Origin: Octopus bimaculoides
Taxonomy: Eukaryota
Assembly (NCBI RefSeq): GCF_001194135.2
Contig: NC_068982.1
Coordinates: 44,439,654-44,503,653, forward strand
Direction of reading: 5' to 3'
Length of the DNA: 64,000 nucleotides
Both the position numbers and the translations under genes were made by a program. Numbering within the stretch: the first letter of the stretch is position 1; the number at the start of each line of letters is the position of its first letter. Of this stretch, positions 37,991-49,199 are shown piece by piece. The notes under the pieces were generated by a model that worked only from the letters and a program-made list of their open reading frames with translations, was not told the DNA's origin and searched no databases.

Positions 37991-38150
37991 TTTTATGTTA
38001 TAGCATTGATTAGAATTCTTAGCACAACGGCAAAATGCATTGCGGCATCTCGTCCGTCCGCACGTTCAGTGTTCAATAAGACTGAAATAAGTAAATGAAT
38101 AAAAGAATAAGACAATTTAATACCAGAATTTTAGACTGGAGCAAATGACA

Positions 38151-38217
<67 letters not shown>

Positions 38218-38220
<3 letters not shown>

Positions 38221-38392
38221 GACGGGCTTCTTTCAGTTTCCATGAACCAAATTCACTCACAAGATTTTGGTTGGCCCGGGGCTATAAAAGAAGAAACTTA
38301 TCCAAGGTGCCACGCAGTGGGAGTGAACCCGGAACCATGTGATTGGGAAGCAAGATTCTTACTACACAATCACTCTTGCGTCTATTATTTTA
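38218..38392 (-). mobile_element. 5' half of a family-C SINE, starting from a (TA)n array
   Basis: acgacgggcttctttcagtttcc..aaggtgccacgcagtggga..ggaaccatgtg. Confidence 0.85.
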
Positions 38393-39221
38393 TTATCTTT
38401 ACTTTGTATTTTTTTTTTTTAAATTAGCTTTTGATAAATTTATATTTTATCCATTTTTACACTTAAATTTTAACTTTATGTTCATCTTCATTTTCTTAAC
38501 ATATTTTTTAAAATCATATTATCTTACTTTTTAATATTTATTCTTTTAAGGAAGTTAATTCTTTTAACATAGAATATCTTCTTTAGTAAATAACATATCG
38601 GTGACTTTCCTTTCGAATACTCATTAACTCTTTTATGTTTTCTACTCAGACTTTAAATTTAGATTTAATATTGATTTAATACTGATCTTATTTCCATCGT
38701 GACCTAAATAACAATCTACTAAATCGCTGGGTTCTACTTATGGCCTCTGTCTATTTGAATTGGTCAGTAATAGTTTAAACAGAGTGGAATTTTTGCAATA
38801 ACATTCTTCAAGCCGATGTGAAGGATTATTGAAATTAAGTATCACATTGCAATCTTTACATGATATAATAACTACTATTCCTAAGTAGGTCTGCTGAATA
38901 TACCTCCATTAACTTTATACTGCTCAAATATAATTAGTTTTACTATTAGCTGCCTCCCTTAAAATGTTCTCTTATTTTAAGCAGTGCGGTATAGCTTTGA
39001 TAAGGATAAGATGGTGTTAAGCTCCTCTATTTCAGTAGAATCTCAGCCGATTGAATATGGGATTGATTGATATGCATAATTATCGCATTGTAGTATTTTG
39101 AAATGCAAACCTTTCTGTAAACAAATTAAAGAATGCATACTTCTCCATTCTTCGTGCATGAATGTATGTATGTATGCATGTATGTATGTATGTACATATA
39201 TATATCTTGATAAATTGGTAC

Positions 39222-39308
<87 letters not shown>

Positions 39309-39488
39309 TTAATGCACACACGCACACACACCCATATATATTGATAAATAGATACATACATATACACACATATATGTATACATACACATATATATACACA
39401 TATATACATATAGATATAGTTATATATAAATACATGGATATGTGTGTGCGTATGAGTGTGTGTATGTATGTTTGTGAAAACACATACT

Positions 39489-39525
<37 letters not shown>

Positions 39526-40153
39526 NNNNNNNNNNACACACACACACACACACACACATAACGAGCTTGCAGCCATTTGCGGTTTATCGAATTTTATTTA
39601 CAAATCATAGGTCAACGCACAACCAGCAAAAGATATTTGCCCAAGGTATAATATAGTGAGCTTGAATCCTGCTCTCTAAGGTTGCAAGGCGAATTTATTA
39701 ACCACACAGCCTTGTCAGTAAAAAAAAGATATTCAGTATTTTGGATTCTTTGCAGATATTTGCTACGAACCTTTCTTTTTATGTAATTTTTATTCAATAT
39801 TTCGCTCTTGAACTTATTGCTTTGGCTACATCTGGCATTTATTGTTTTGCGTGTGCTTTAATTTTCGTTGTAGATATATATATTTCCTACCTGGTTTATT
39901 TTTGACGTGTCTTATTTTTATTGTTTCTGCTTTGCTTGAAAAGACAGAAATACGAATGATAAATTCATACACCCACACATATACATGGAGAAAGATAAAT
40001 TTATCTACATTACCATACGTTTACATACACATACACAGGCACTCACACATACATACATGTGTGTGTATATACATACATAAAGAAATTCCTATATATATAT
40101 ATATACATGTAAACATACACACAGACACAGACACGACGCACAGGTGCACACGC

Positions 40154-40196
<43 letters not shown>

Positions 40197-41269
40197 AACA
40201 CGCACGCACGCACACTCTCTCTCTCTCACACACACACACACACGTCATTGAATAGTCCTGAAACTATGCAGGAAAAGAAATAATATTGGAAAGAATGAAA
40301 CAAATAAGCAGGCTTAAATTAAAGAAAGAAAAAAAAGAAAAAAGAAAGAAGGAAAGAAGGAAAGAAAGGAAAAAGAAAGAAAGGGAAAAGAAAGAAAGGA
40401 AAAAGAAAGAGAGGAAAAAGAAAGAAAGAAACCATGAAATACTTTATGATGAAAAAAATGAATGCAGATAAATTTGAATTAGGAAAGACGTTATTTCATA
40501 ATGATTTCAGGTTGGGTCAATAACCCGCCATTATTTTATGCCAGCCACTCATATTGGTTGACAGCATTCTTAACACTTTTATAGCAATAGGCGGATATTG
40601 AACACTAAAAGTAAATGGCAATGAGCAATAACAACAACAACAGCAACAACAGCGGCGGCGACGACAACAACAGCAACAACTAGTACAGAATAAATATAGA
40701 TCACTGATAGAAGAGAGCATAATTTTATCGAAGAGAGTAGATAATGATTTTCTATGAATCTTGATAGTGCACAAAGAAGCGTAATGTTATGCTTGGTTTG
40801 TAAGAAACATGATTCATTCAATAATTTTAGAAGAATATTTTTTTTAAGGAACTTAAAGTAAAGAATATAATTCTTAAAACGAAAACAAAAAAAACAAAAA
40901 AAAATACGGAATTAAAGAATATTTTTAATTCGAAAATTTCTTTTTAACAGAAACATTTCTTACAAAGGTGGAAAGAAAGCGCAGATTAAGCAGCTTAAAC
41001 TAGAAAAGAGAAATTTTTTTGTAAAGCAAAAAAAATAACCAAAAAGTTGGCAAATATTGTGTTCTTCCAATCAATTGTTAAAAGAAAATGTTTTGAAAGA
41101 GAGAGAAAAAAAAACAATAACTTTATCACTAAAGACTGTAAAATGTCGAATAATATTCATTCGTGTGCAAGGAAATTAAATCTCTACACTGTGAAATAAC
41201 TACCAAGCCAATCGATGGCTCGAGGGTTCGTAACCCTTCACCGTTTATTATTATATATCGTCTAAAGGT

Positions 41270-41792
41270 CGCGAGCTGGTAGAATCTTTAGCACGCCGGA
41301 TATAATGCTTAGAGGCATTTCGTCCGTCTTTACGTTCTTAGTTCAAATTCCGTCGAGGTCGACTTTGCCTTTCAAGCTTTCGGGGTCAATAAAATAAGCC
41401 CCAACTGGACATTGGGATCGACGTAATCGACGTATCCCACCCCCGAAATTGCTGGCTTTGTGCTAAAATTTGAAATCATTATTATATATCGACCATCTTA
41501 CGTCCTGAGTTCAAATTTCACTGGAGTCGACTTTGAATTTTATCCTTTCGAGGTCAATGAAGTAATTACTAGCTGAGCACTGGATCGATGTAATCGATTA
41601 CCCCTCCCCTAAAATTGCTGGCCTTGTGCCAACATTTGAAATCATTATTATACATCGTCCATCTTACTCGACTTTGCCTTTCATCTTACCGAAGTCGATG
41701 AAGTAATTACCTGTTGAGCACCAGGTCGATAAACTAATTACCAGTTGAGCACTCCCTTGAAATTGCTGGCCTTGTGCCAAATTTTGAAAGCT
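41270..41792 (+). mobile_element. Tandem array: one full and two headless family-A SINE units
   Basis: Each unit ends ttgtgc..aatttgaaatcattattata.atcg.c; the same ttattatatatcgtc precedes the first unit. Confidence 0.8.
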
Positions 41793-41829
41793 TAATTATG
41801 TATTTAAAAAAGAGTACAGTATTGGTAGG

Positions 41830-42010
41830 ATCGTTACAGTGTCGGGGAAAATACCTTGCATTACGTTCCAAATCACACTGATGTTAACTTTGCCCTTCAT
41901 ACCACAAGAATCGACAGAACAAAGTACCAGTTAAATACTGGGCTCAATGGTATCAACTATACTCATCTCTTCAAAACTGCTGACCTTGTGTCTAAATTAG
42001 AAACAATTAT
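41830..42010 (+). mobile_element. Degenerate family-A SINE
   Basis: ggatcgttacagtgtc..ttaactttgcccttcat..aagtaccagttaa. Confidence 0.55.
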
Positions 42011-42059
42011 AAAGCATTTTCATAAAGATATTCGAATAACACTAATCCATTGCAACTAG

Positions 42060-42900
42060 AAATACGTACCATTTCGTATAAGTCCATTAATGACATATTT
42101 GCCGCCACATCCAGTAACATTCATTCTTATACAGATGACGAAGCATTTCGTTTTTCTTTACCTTCCCTTCCCTCTCTATGCATCATCGACACGCAACCTA
42201 GATACTACACACCAAACTCACGTTGTTTACCGTAAACAGAAACCATTAGCGCATTCTCCAACAGTGCCATGCAAACTTTGTTCCTTTTAACAGCACAAAT
42301 TCTCGCACTACCTATATCAAGAAAACATCACAGCACGTATCCTCTTAAAATATGAGCCGCACTCAGCTAGATCCCTCCCATCGCTTCAAATGCTGGGCTT
42401 CACTATAACCAAGTACCTCTCCTGGCGAAAGCATATCCTTAGTATAGTCCAGATGGTATCCTAAAGTCTAGTTCTCTTTAGGACTAGATTTTCTATCCCC
42501 CAACAGCTGCTGATGCTCTACGAATGAGGCTCCAGTAGAGTACTGCACCCCCATACCTATATGAGGGCGCTGCTGCTTTGCACCACAGACATCCTGGACT
42601 ACATCTGGAGAAGGGCCACTCGGCTGGTTAGTATCTCATCGCTAATCAACAACTCCAACGTCTGGCCCACAAGCGTGCTGTCTTCTCTTTCTGTCTTTTC
42701 TATCTCTACTATAATGGTCGCTTACTCCTCAGAACTGGCCGACCGCAAGCCTCCACTAACCAGGCACCGCAATCCATTCGTCTCTTCACCTCTCGTCACC
42801 CTTGGTGCATCCAACTCTTTTCCACCGCACTAACTACCAACCCAACCCTTCTTCCCCATTACGTCAACCCTCTGGAATCTCTTCTATGTTCATATCTTTC
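42060..42900 (+). mobile_element. CR1/L2-group LINE 3' RT fragment (pseudogene)
   Basis: INDIFAATSSNIHSYTDD (YADD-like), LGFTITKYLSWRKHI, SPQQLLMLY, EYC, LD..IWRRATRL, LAHKR, YYNG..SSELA and LWNL remnants in the expected order, with frameshifts. Confidence 0.75.
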
Positions 42901-42904
42901 CTAT

Positions 42905-43251
42905 TATCGTGGTCGTGTGGTAAGAAGTTTGCTTCTCAGCCACATGGTTCCGGGTTCAGTCCCACTGTGTGGGATCTTAGGCAAGTGTTTTCTACTATAG
43001 CCTCGGGGCGACTAAACCGTTGTGGGTGAAATTGAAAGACCGAAATTGAACGAAACCTGTCATGTGTGTATTCGCGCGCGCAGGCATCCCTTTGTGTCTG
43101 TGTGTGTGCCTCCATCATCACTCGGTAACCGATGTTGGTGTTATATATATATATATATATATATACATATATTATATGTTTGTGTCTGTGTTTGTTCTCC
43201 ACCACCACCACCACCATCGCTTGACAACCGATGTTGTTGTTGTTGTTGTTG

Positions 43252-43321
<70 letters not shown>

Positions 43322-43500
43322 ACTGCTTGATAACTGGTGTTGGTTTGTTTATACCCTCATAGGATAGTGGTCCGGCAAAAGTTATTGATGGAATGGGTAA
43401 AATAATTTTTTAAAAATAAATACTGGGTCGATTTGATCAACTAACACATTAAGGTTGTGTTCCAGCATGGCCGCTGATATATGACTGAGACAAGTAAAAG
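42905..43500 (+). mobile_element. Family-C SINE with expanded internal (TA)/(CAC)/(GTT)/(TG) microsatellites
   Basis: Head gtcgtgtggtaagaagtttgc..ggttccgggttcagtccc; tail ccagcatggccgc..gactgagacaagtaaaag. Confidence 0.8.
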
Positions 43501-43774
43501 AAAAGTATGAACTTAATGGAAGAGGGTTTTGTTATGTTTTGTTTTGCTTTTAGTTTGATGCTTTCGTGTTCTGAATGTTGAATATATATGTCTGGGCTTT
43601 TGGATATACCACTAGATTTTGGAAGAGTCTGTCACTTAATTGCAAGGAACCGTGTGTTGCATCTAACTATGCAAACAAATTGTACCCCTCCCATGTGTAA
43701 GTGGTCTTTCGGTTTCAGTTATGTTTCATTGTATAAGGTGATCTGTGGGTAAATCCTGTGTACAAGTTAAGTGA

Positions 43775-44085
43775 AGGCGCGAGATTAGGGCATTCGGCTC
43801 ACGATCGTAAGGTCGTGAGTTCAATTCCCAGTGACGCGTTCTGTCCTTGAACAAGACACTTCATTTCACGTTGTTCTAATCCACTCAGCTGACAAAAATG
43901 AGTATTACCTGTAATTCAAAGGGCCACCCTTATCCCATTCTGTGTCACGCTGAATCTTCCTGAGAACGACATTAAGGGTACACATGTCTGTGGAGTGCTC
44001 AGCCACATGCACATTAATTTCACGAGCAGGCGTTCCGTTGATCGGATCAACGGAATACTCGGCGTCGTAACCGACGAAGTGCCAT
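43775..44085 (+). mobile_element. SINE, family B
   Basis: Head ..gattagggcattcggctcacgatcgtaaggtcgtgagttcaattccc, core tgtccttgaacaagacactt and 3' gttccgttgatcggatcaac. Confidence 0.85.
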
Positions 44086-44579
44086 CACAAAGTCACAAGT
44101 TATTATGATGCGTAGTACACTAATTTTTGTATTTATAGTGTGCTTTTGTCGTATATTCTCGTTTGTTGTGGAAATCTGGTGATCACAGGTAGAATTGATA
44201 GAATCCATAGTGGATCTAATACATTCTTTTTGCAACATTGTTATTATTTATTTCTATAGTTCAAATGTGGTACTGGTGATTGCTCTAAGTATACATACAT
44301 GTGTCGTTTTGCTTTCTTTATTGTGTCTTCTATGTGTGCTAAGAATGTTGTTGAGATGTTGCATGTAAATCCTAATATTTTTGCTATTTCAACGTGTCTA
44401 TGATATTTGTTTGTGAGTGTAGTGATTGAACTAAATTAGTTGTATTTATTAGGTCCTTCGAGCGTGTGTGTTGGTGGGGGGGGGGGGGGATTTTGTGCGT
44501 GGTTGAGTTGCTAGTAAGGGAAGCTGTGAATTTGACAGCTGCTACTAAACTCTGTGGACGTAGGATTCTATGTGATTTA

Positions 44580-44787
44580 AATAAATTTGTGATATTTTGG
44601 CGTGGGTACAACTGTGTGGTTAAGAAGTTCACTCTGCTATCACGTGGTTTCGGGTTTTGTCTCTTAGGTACCGTACCTTTAGTCAGTGCCTGTCAGTATA
44701 GACCTGAGCTAACCAATGCCTTGTGAGTGAATTTGGTAGACAGAAACTGTGTGGAAACCCATCGTGTGTGTGTGTGTGAGAGAGAGT

Positions 44788-44846
<59 letters not shown>

Positions 44847-45085
44847 CACACGCACAAATATATGCGCACCTGTGTGTCTTTGTGTCAGTGTTTGTCCTTC
44901 TCCACGAGTACCGCTTGCCAACCGCTGTTGATTTGTTCAAGTCCGCGTGACCTAGCGGTCTGGATAAAGATACCGATAGAATATGAGTGCCAAACATTAA
45001 AAAATAAACACTATGGGTAATTTGCTTAGACCAAAAGCCTTTCAAGGCAGAGTCCTAGCATAGCCGCAGCCCAATGACTGGAACA
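44580..45085 (+). mobile_element. Family-C SINE with internal microsatellite
   Basis: ctgtgtggttaagaag..ccttgtgagtgaatttggtagacagaaactg..(TG)(TA)(TG)..cgcttgccaaccg..cctagcatagccgc..gactggaacaag. Confidence 0.8.
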
Positions 45086-47650
45086 AGCAAAAGATAACAG
45101 TTAAATTGTTGTACACCGTATCTGCAGGATGATCAGAGTACATAAGTGATTGTTCGGTACATTTATCAAGATTTAAACTACGTAGAGTATTATTTGAAGA
45201 AGATTTAGTTGTTGATCATAGCAATTCGAGTGACTGGGCAAAGGTTTCTTTGTTGACTCAAGTTTATGTAAGAACACAGAACACAAGTGTTGGTGAAATC
45301 ACACGTTTAACGCTCTAACGGTTAGATAGTTGAAGCTCTTAGTTTTGGTGTCACTTTGTTAACTTTAAGGAATCACTGCACTATACTATAAGCATTCATC
45401 AACCGTTAGATTTGCCTGTAGCCATTATTGGATCGCCTGTTTTGCCAAGTTTTGCCAAGACGACTTATGTCAATGTACTTAATCTCATTATTTAAGATGA
45501 TTCCAAAAGACAGAGCCAAAGCAAAAAGAAAAAAAAAGCAGAAGAGATATATTTACGTAAGTACAACAGCACAACCGCACACGCACATACATACACGTAC
45601 ATATCTACATGCATTTACACAAATACACACACACACATATATGTATACGCACTCATATATATATACACATACATATATGTATGTATATNNNNNNNNNNNN
45701 NNNNNNNNNNNNNNNNNNNNNNNNNNNNNNNNNNNNNNNNNNNNNNNNNNNNNNNNNNNNNNNNNNNNNNNNNNNNNNNNNNNNNNNNNNNNNNNNNNNN
45801 NNNNNNNNNNNNNNNNNNNNNNNNNNNNNNNNNNNNNNNNNNNNNNNNNNNNNNNNNNNNNNNNNNNNNNNNNNNNNNNNNNNNNNNNNNNNNNNNNNNN
45901 NNNNNNNNNNNNNNNNNNNNNNNNNNNNNNNNNNNNNNNNNNNNNNNNNNNNNNNNNNNNNNNNNNNNNNNNNNNNNNNNNNNNNNNNNNNNNNNNNNNN
46001 NNNNNNNNNNNNNNNNNNNNNNNNNNNNNNNNNNNNNNNNNNNNNNNNNNNNNNNNNNNNNNNNNNNNNNNNNNNNNNNNNNNNNNNNNNNNNNNNNNNN
46101 NNNNNNNNNNNNNNNNNTAGTTCTGTTCTTTTCTCCGTTCATTTATAATGTCTTGTGTGTGAGCTTCTCGGAAACATTAACTTTCTACCCGAAAATCGAT
46201 AATCTCCGCTACTAGATTCTTTGAAAATGAAATATTCCCAACGGGTATAAAACTTGAAATAGCAACGCCATTTTAACAGTCTTTTAACACCGCATTTTGC
46301 AGTGACGGGAAGCTAAGCTATACTTGAAATTAGGCTCAAGCATGTTAAAAAGTTCCCCGTTTCCTATCTCTTAGCCGCTTTTTCTTTTTTTTCTTTTGTT
46401 TCTTGTAGTGGAAAAACGAGTTCAGTAAATACTTTAATTACTTCCATCTGGAAGATATTTCCTTCGGTTAAAAAAAATTTTCTGCAGAATTTCTGTTGGT
46501 AATATGGCAACCAATCTTAACACAGTTACAGTTACCTTTCCTACCACTTCTTATTTTACCTACGGATAGTTATGCTACTACTGTCAGTGATATTCTAGTT
46601 ATTAATTTTGGAACTGACGGAGGCGATAGAAAACCGCGTTATGATACTTTGCTGTTTCTAATCCGATCCCTTATTGTTCTGAACTTAAATCATCTTAGAG
46701 ATAATTTCGCCTTTTCTTCTGCTATCATCAATAAGAGGTAGTTATATAATGAGATAGTGAAAACGATTATCAATACGCACTCTTTCGACATAAAGGGCTT
46801 TGTATGTAAAAAGAAACAATAATTCGATATGTTGATTCTCTTTCCATTTTGATTGTAGTTTCTGGCGTTCTGGCTTCTTTTTCTTCTTTAGAAAAGACAA
46901 GAAATACGTAACTTCCTATCTCTATTCCAAATCATTATTCGTATAAGTGAATTTTGGTAGGAATCGATTGAAATCATGTCGTGCTTTTTGAAAATTTCGG
47001 TTGAGACAATCTTACAACGTTCTGTTTTGTCTTTTCTGTAAGCTTAACGATTCAGACCTGTCAGAATCCATTATGAATGGGATCTTTGGTGAGTGCCGGT
47101 GGGGACAAGTGTAAAGTCTTGTATCCAGTACGCATATTTCACAAATGACATTCGTAAACCAATAGAAGACAACATCACACGAAATATGGATATATATGAG
47201 ATAAATATATATATATATATATATATACATAGACACACATATATATGTATATGCATACATATAGATACATACATATATACATACATGTGCATACATATAC
47301 GTATATCTATATATATATATTACATACACACACACATATATATATACATGTGTATATGTGTGTGTGTGAGTGTGTGCGCACGTGTGTGTGTGTGAGTGTG
47401 TGCGCACGTGTGTGTGTGTGAGTGTGTGCGTGTATGTCAATAGTAGTGTACAGTAAGATCTTTGACGGTAGAATCTGAGAAGTATAAAGTTCCAGTGGTA
47501 ATCCGAGGTCGGGGGGGGGGCAGCTATGGCAAAGTGGTTCAGAAGAGATGGTCTGAGAAGAGAGGAAAGGGGATCAGCAGGAGGTTCAGTCAAAATGCGT
47601 GTGTGTATGAGAGAGAGAGAGGGGGAAAGAAAAAAGAAAGAAAGAGAGAG

Positions 47651-47713
<63 letters not shown>

Positions 47714-48265
47714 CTTGAACGAGTTCTCTGTCCTACCAGTTTACACAGTACAAATATAGTATTTTAACACTTTAAAAACGATGCATTCAGCACATCGTTT
47801 TCAAACAAGATAACAGAAGTGATTAGAGTAGCGTAACTAAACTCCCAATATCTTAAATCAACCCACATTCAAATATGCACTCTTCCTGAAGTCAATTGCA
47901 AGAATAATCCATCAAACATTGCCTTCTGCTTCACTCAGCTAGCTCTCACGCATATTTAGCAAACAATGCCACAACTCCTCAGATTTCATGCCAAGTGTCA
48001 TTGACGAAAGTAATATGCATGTATATAGATATGTATGTATGTCATTATTCAGTTTTATTTCAAGATTTCTTGCCAACAGCAAAAGAGCCGGTTTCTAACC
48101 TGGATCCAAGGCTCCTTCATTGAAATTTCAACATCAACAACAGGGTATTTTTGTATATATGTACGTATATGTGCAGATTTGTATGTTTTGTTTTATGGAG
48201 GAATTTCAACCATGTTTCGTGGTCTGCTACCACAACAGCTCCTTTATAGGATCCAGTTAGCTCAA

Positions 48266-49165
48266 GACATCATCAGGAGGAACCACGTACGGTTTCGGCC
48301 CCTACTCCTCTACCATTTTAACGTGGCGCCCCCCCTTTCGGAGGTGTCTTCAACTCTGGTGTTGGGTGCATGTCTTCTTTCTTCTATTCCCTGGCCTCTT
48401 CGATGCAGCATCAACGAGTGTCAGCGTCTGACTGACTGTCTTGTCAAATTCCTCTTTTTATACATGCTGCTAGGCTCCAGCAGGCTGCCCCAGCAAGTTG
48501 TCACATGACACTGTCTAAACTTCCCGCTGCTAGGCTCCAGCAAGCAGCCCCAGCAAGTTGTCACGTGACACTGTCTAAACTTTAACTGATAATGGAGGGC
48601 GCGTAATCTTTGCCCACGCATGCTCTAACCGAGACCGTCACCTGTCAATCAGCGAAGCCACTTCAGTGTCAGCCTGTCTCACCTAATGATGTTATTTTCT
48701 TGCCGGCATGTTATGACTTTCAAGCCATATTTGGTCTTCGTGCTTCAGCCATATATAGAAGCTGGCTTTTTCGACCGCCTCCTGTATCCTCCTTATCAGT
48801 TTTCTCAGTTCTGAGCTTGAAAACGTAAATCTTCTTTTGAATAGCGTTGTCATTTTTCTTTCAATGAAGCCTCTAGCCCCCACTGCCAGATGGTAATACT
48901 CGACAGTCCATCCCTGTTCTCTGCACTCTTCGATTAGTTTTTCGTATCTCTTCTCCTTTCGTTTCTCTGCATTGTCGATATTCTCTCCCCATGGTACTGT
49001 CAGTTCTAGCAAAATTCCTATTCTCCGTTCTGTGTCCCATATGACTAAGTCTGGTCTGTTTCTCATTTTTATAAGTGGAAAAATTACTAGACTTCCCATA
49101 TCCGTGGCCAGCTCCCAGTGTCCCTTCCATCTTTCGTCTATCTCGTATATATTCTCATGCATATA
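48266..49165 (-). mobile_element. HERO/NeSL-like RLE non-LTR retrotransposon 3' end
   Basis: Uninterrupted ORF 48692-49162: RPDLVIWD..ILLELTVPWGENIDNAEKRKEKRYEKLIEECREQGW..VGARGF..EKASFYIWLK. The 3' UTR ends in ..ccgaaac..ctgatgatgtc, resembling HERO-type termini (from memory, not searched). Confidence 0.8.
48466..48582. repeat. 60-bp tandem duplication in the HERO-like 3' UTR
   Basis: gctgctaggctccagca.gc.gccccagcaagttgtcac.tgacactgtctaaactt twice, period exactly 60, 3 differences. Confidence 0.95.
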
Positions 49166-49199
49166 CTTGCATATCTAGACATGCTTATATATGTTTAAA

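Noticed and set aside
48195-48280. Alternative type I hammerhead reading CTGATGA..(45 nt)..GAAACATGGTT
   Set aside because: Stem I has only 2 bp and stem II needs bulges; this is weaker than chance expectation in such a window.
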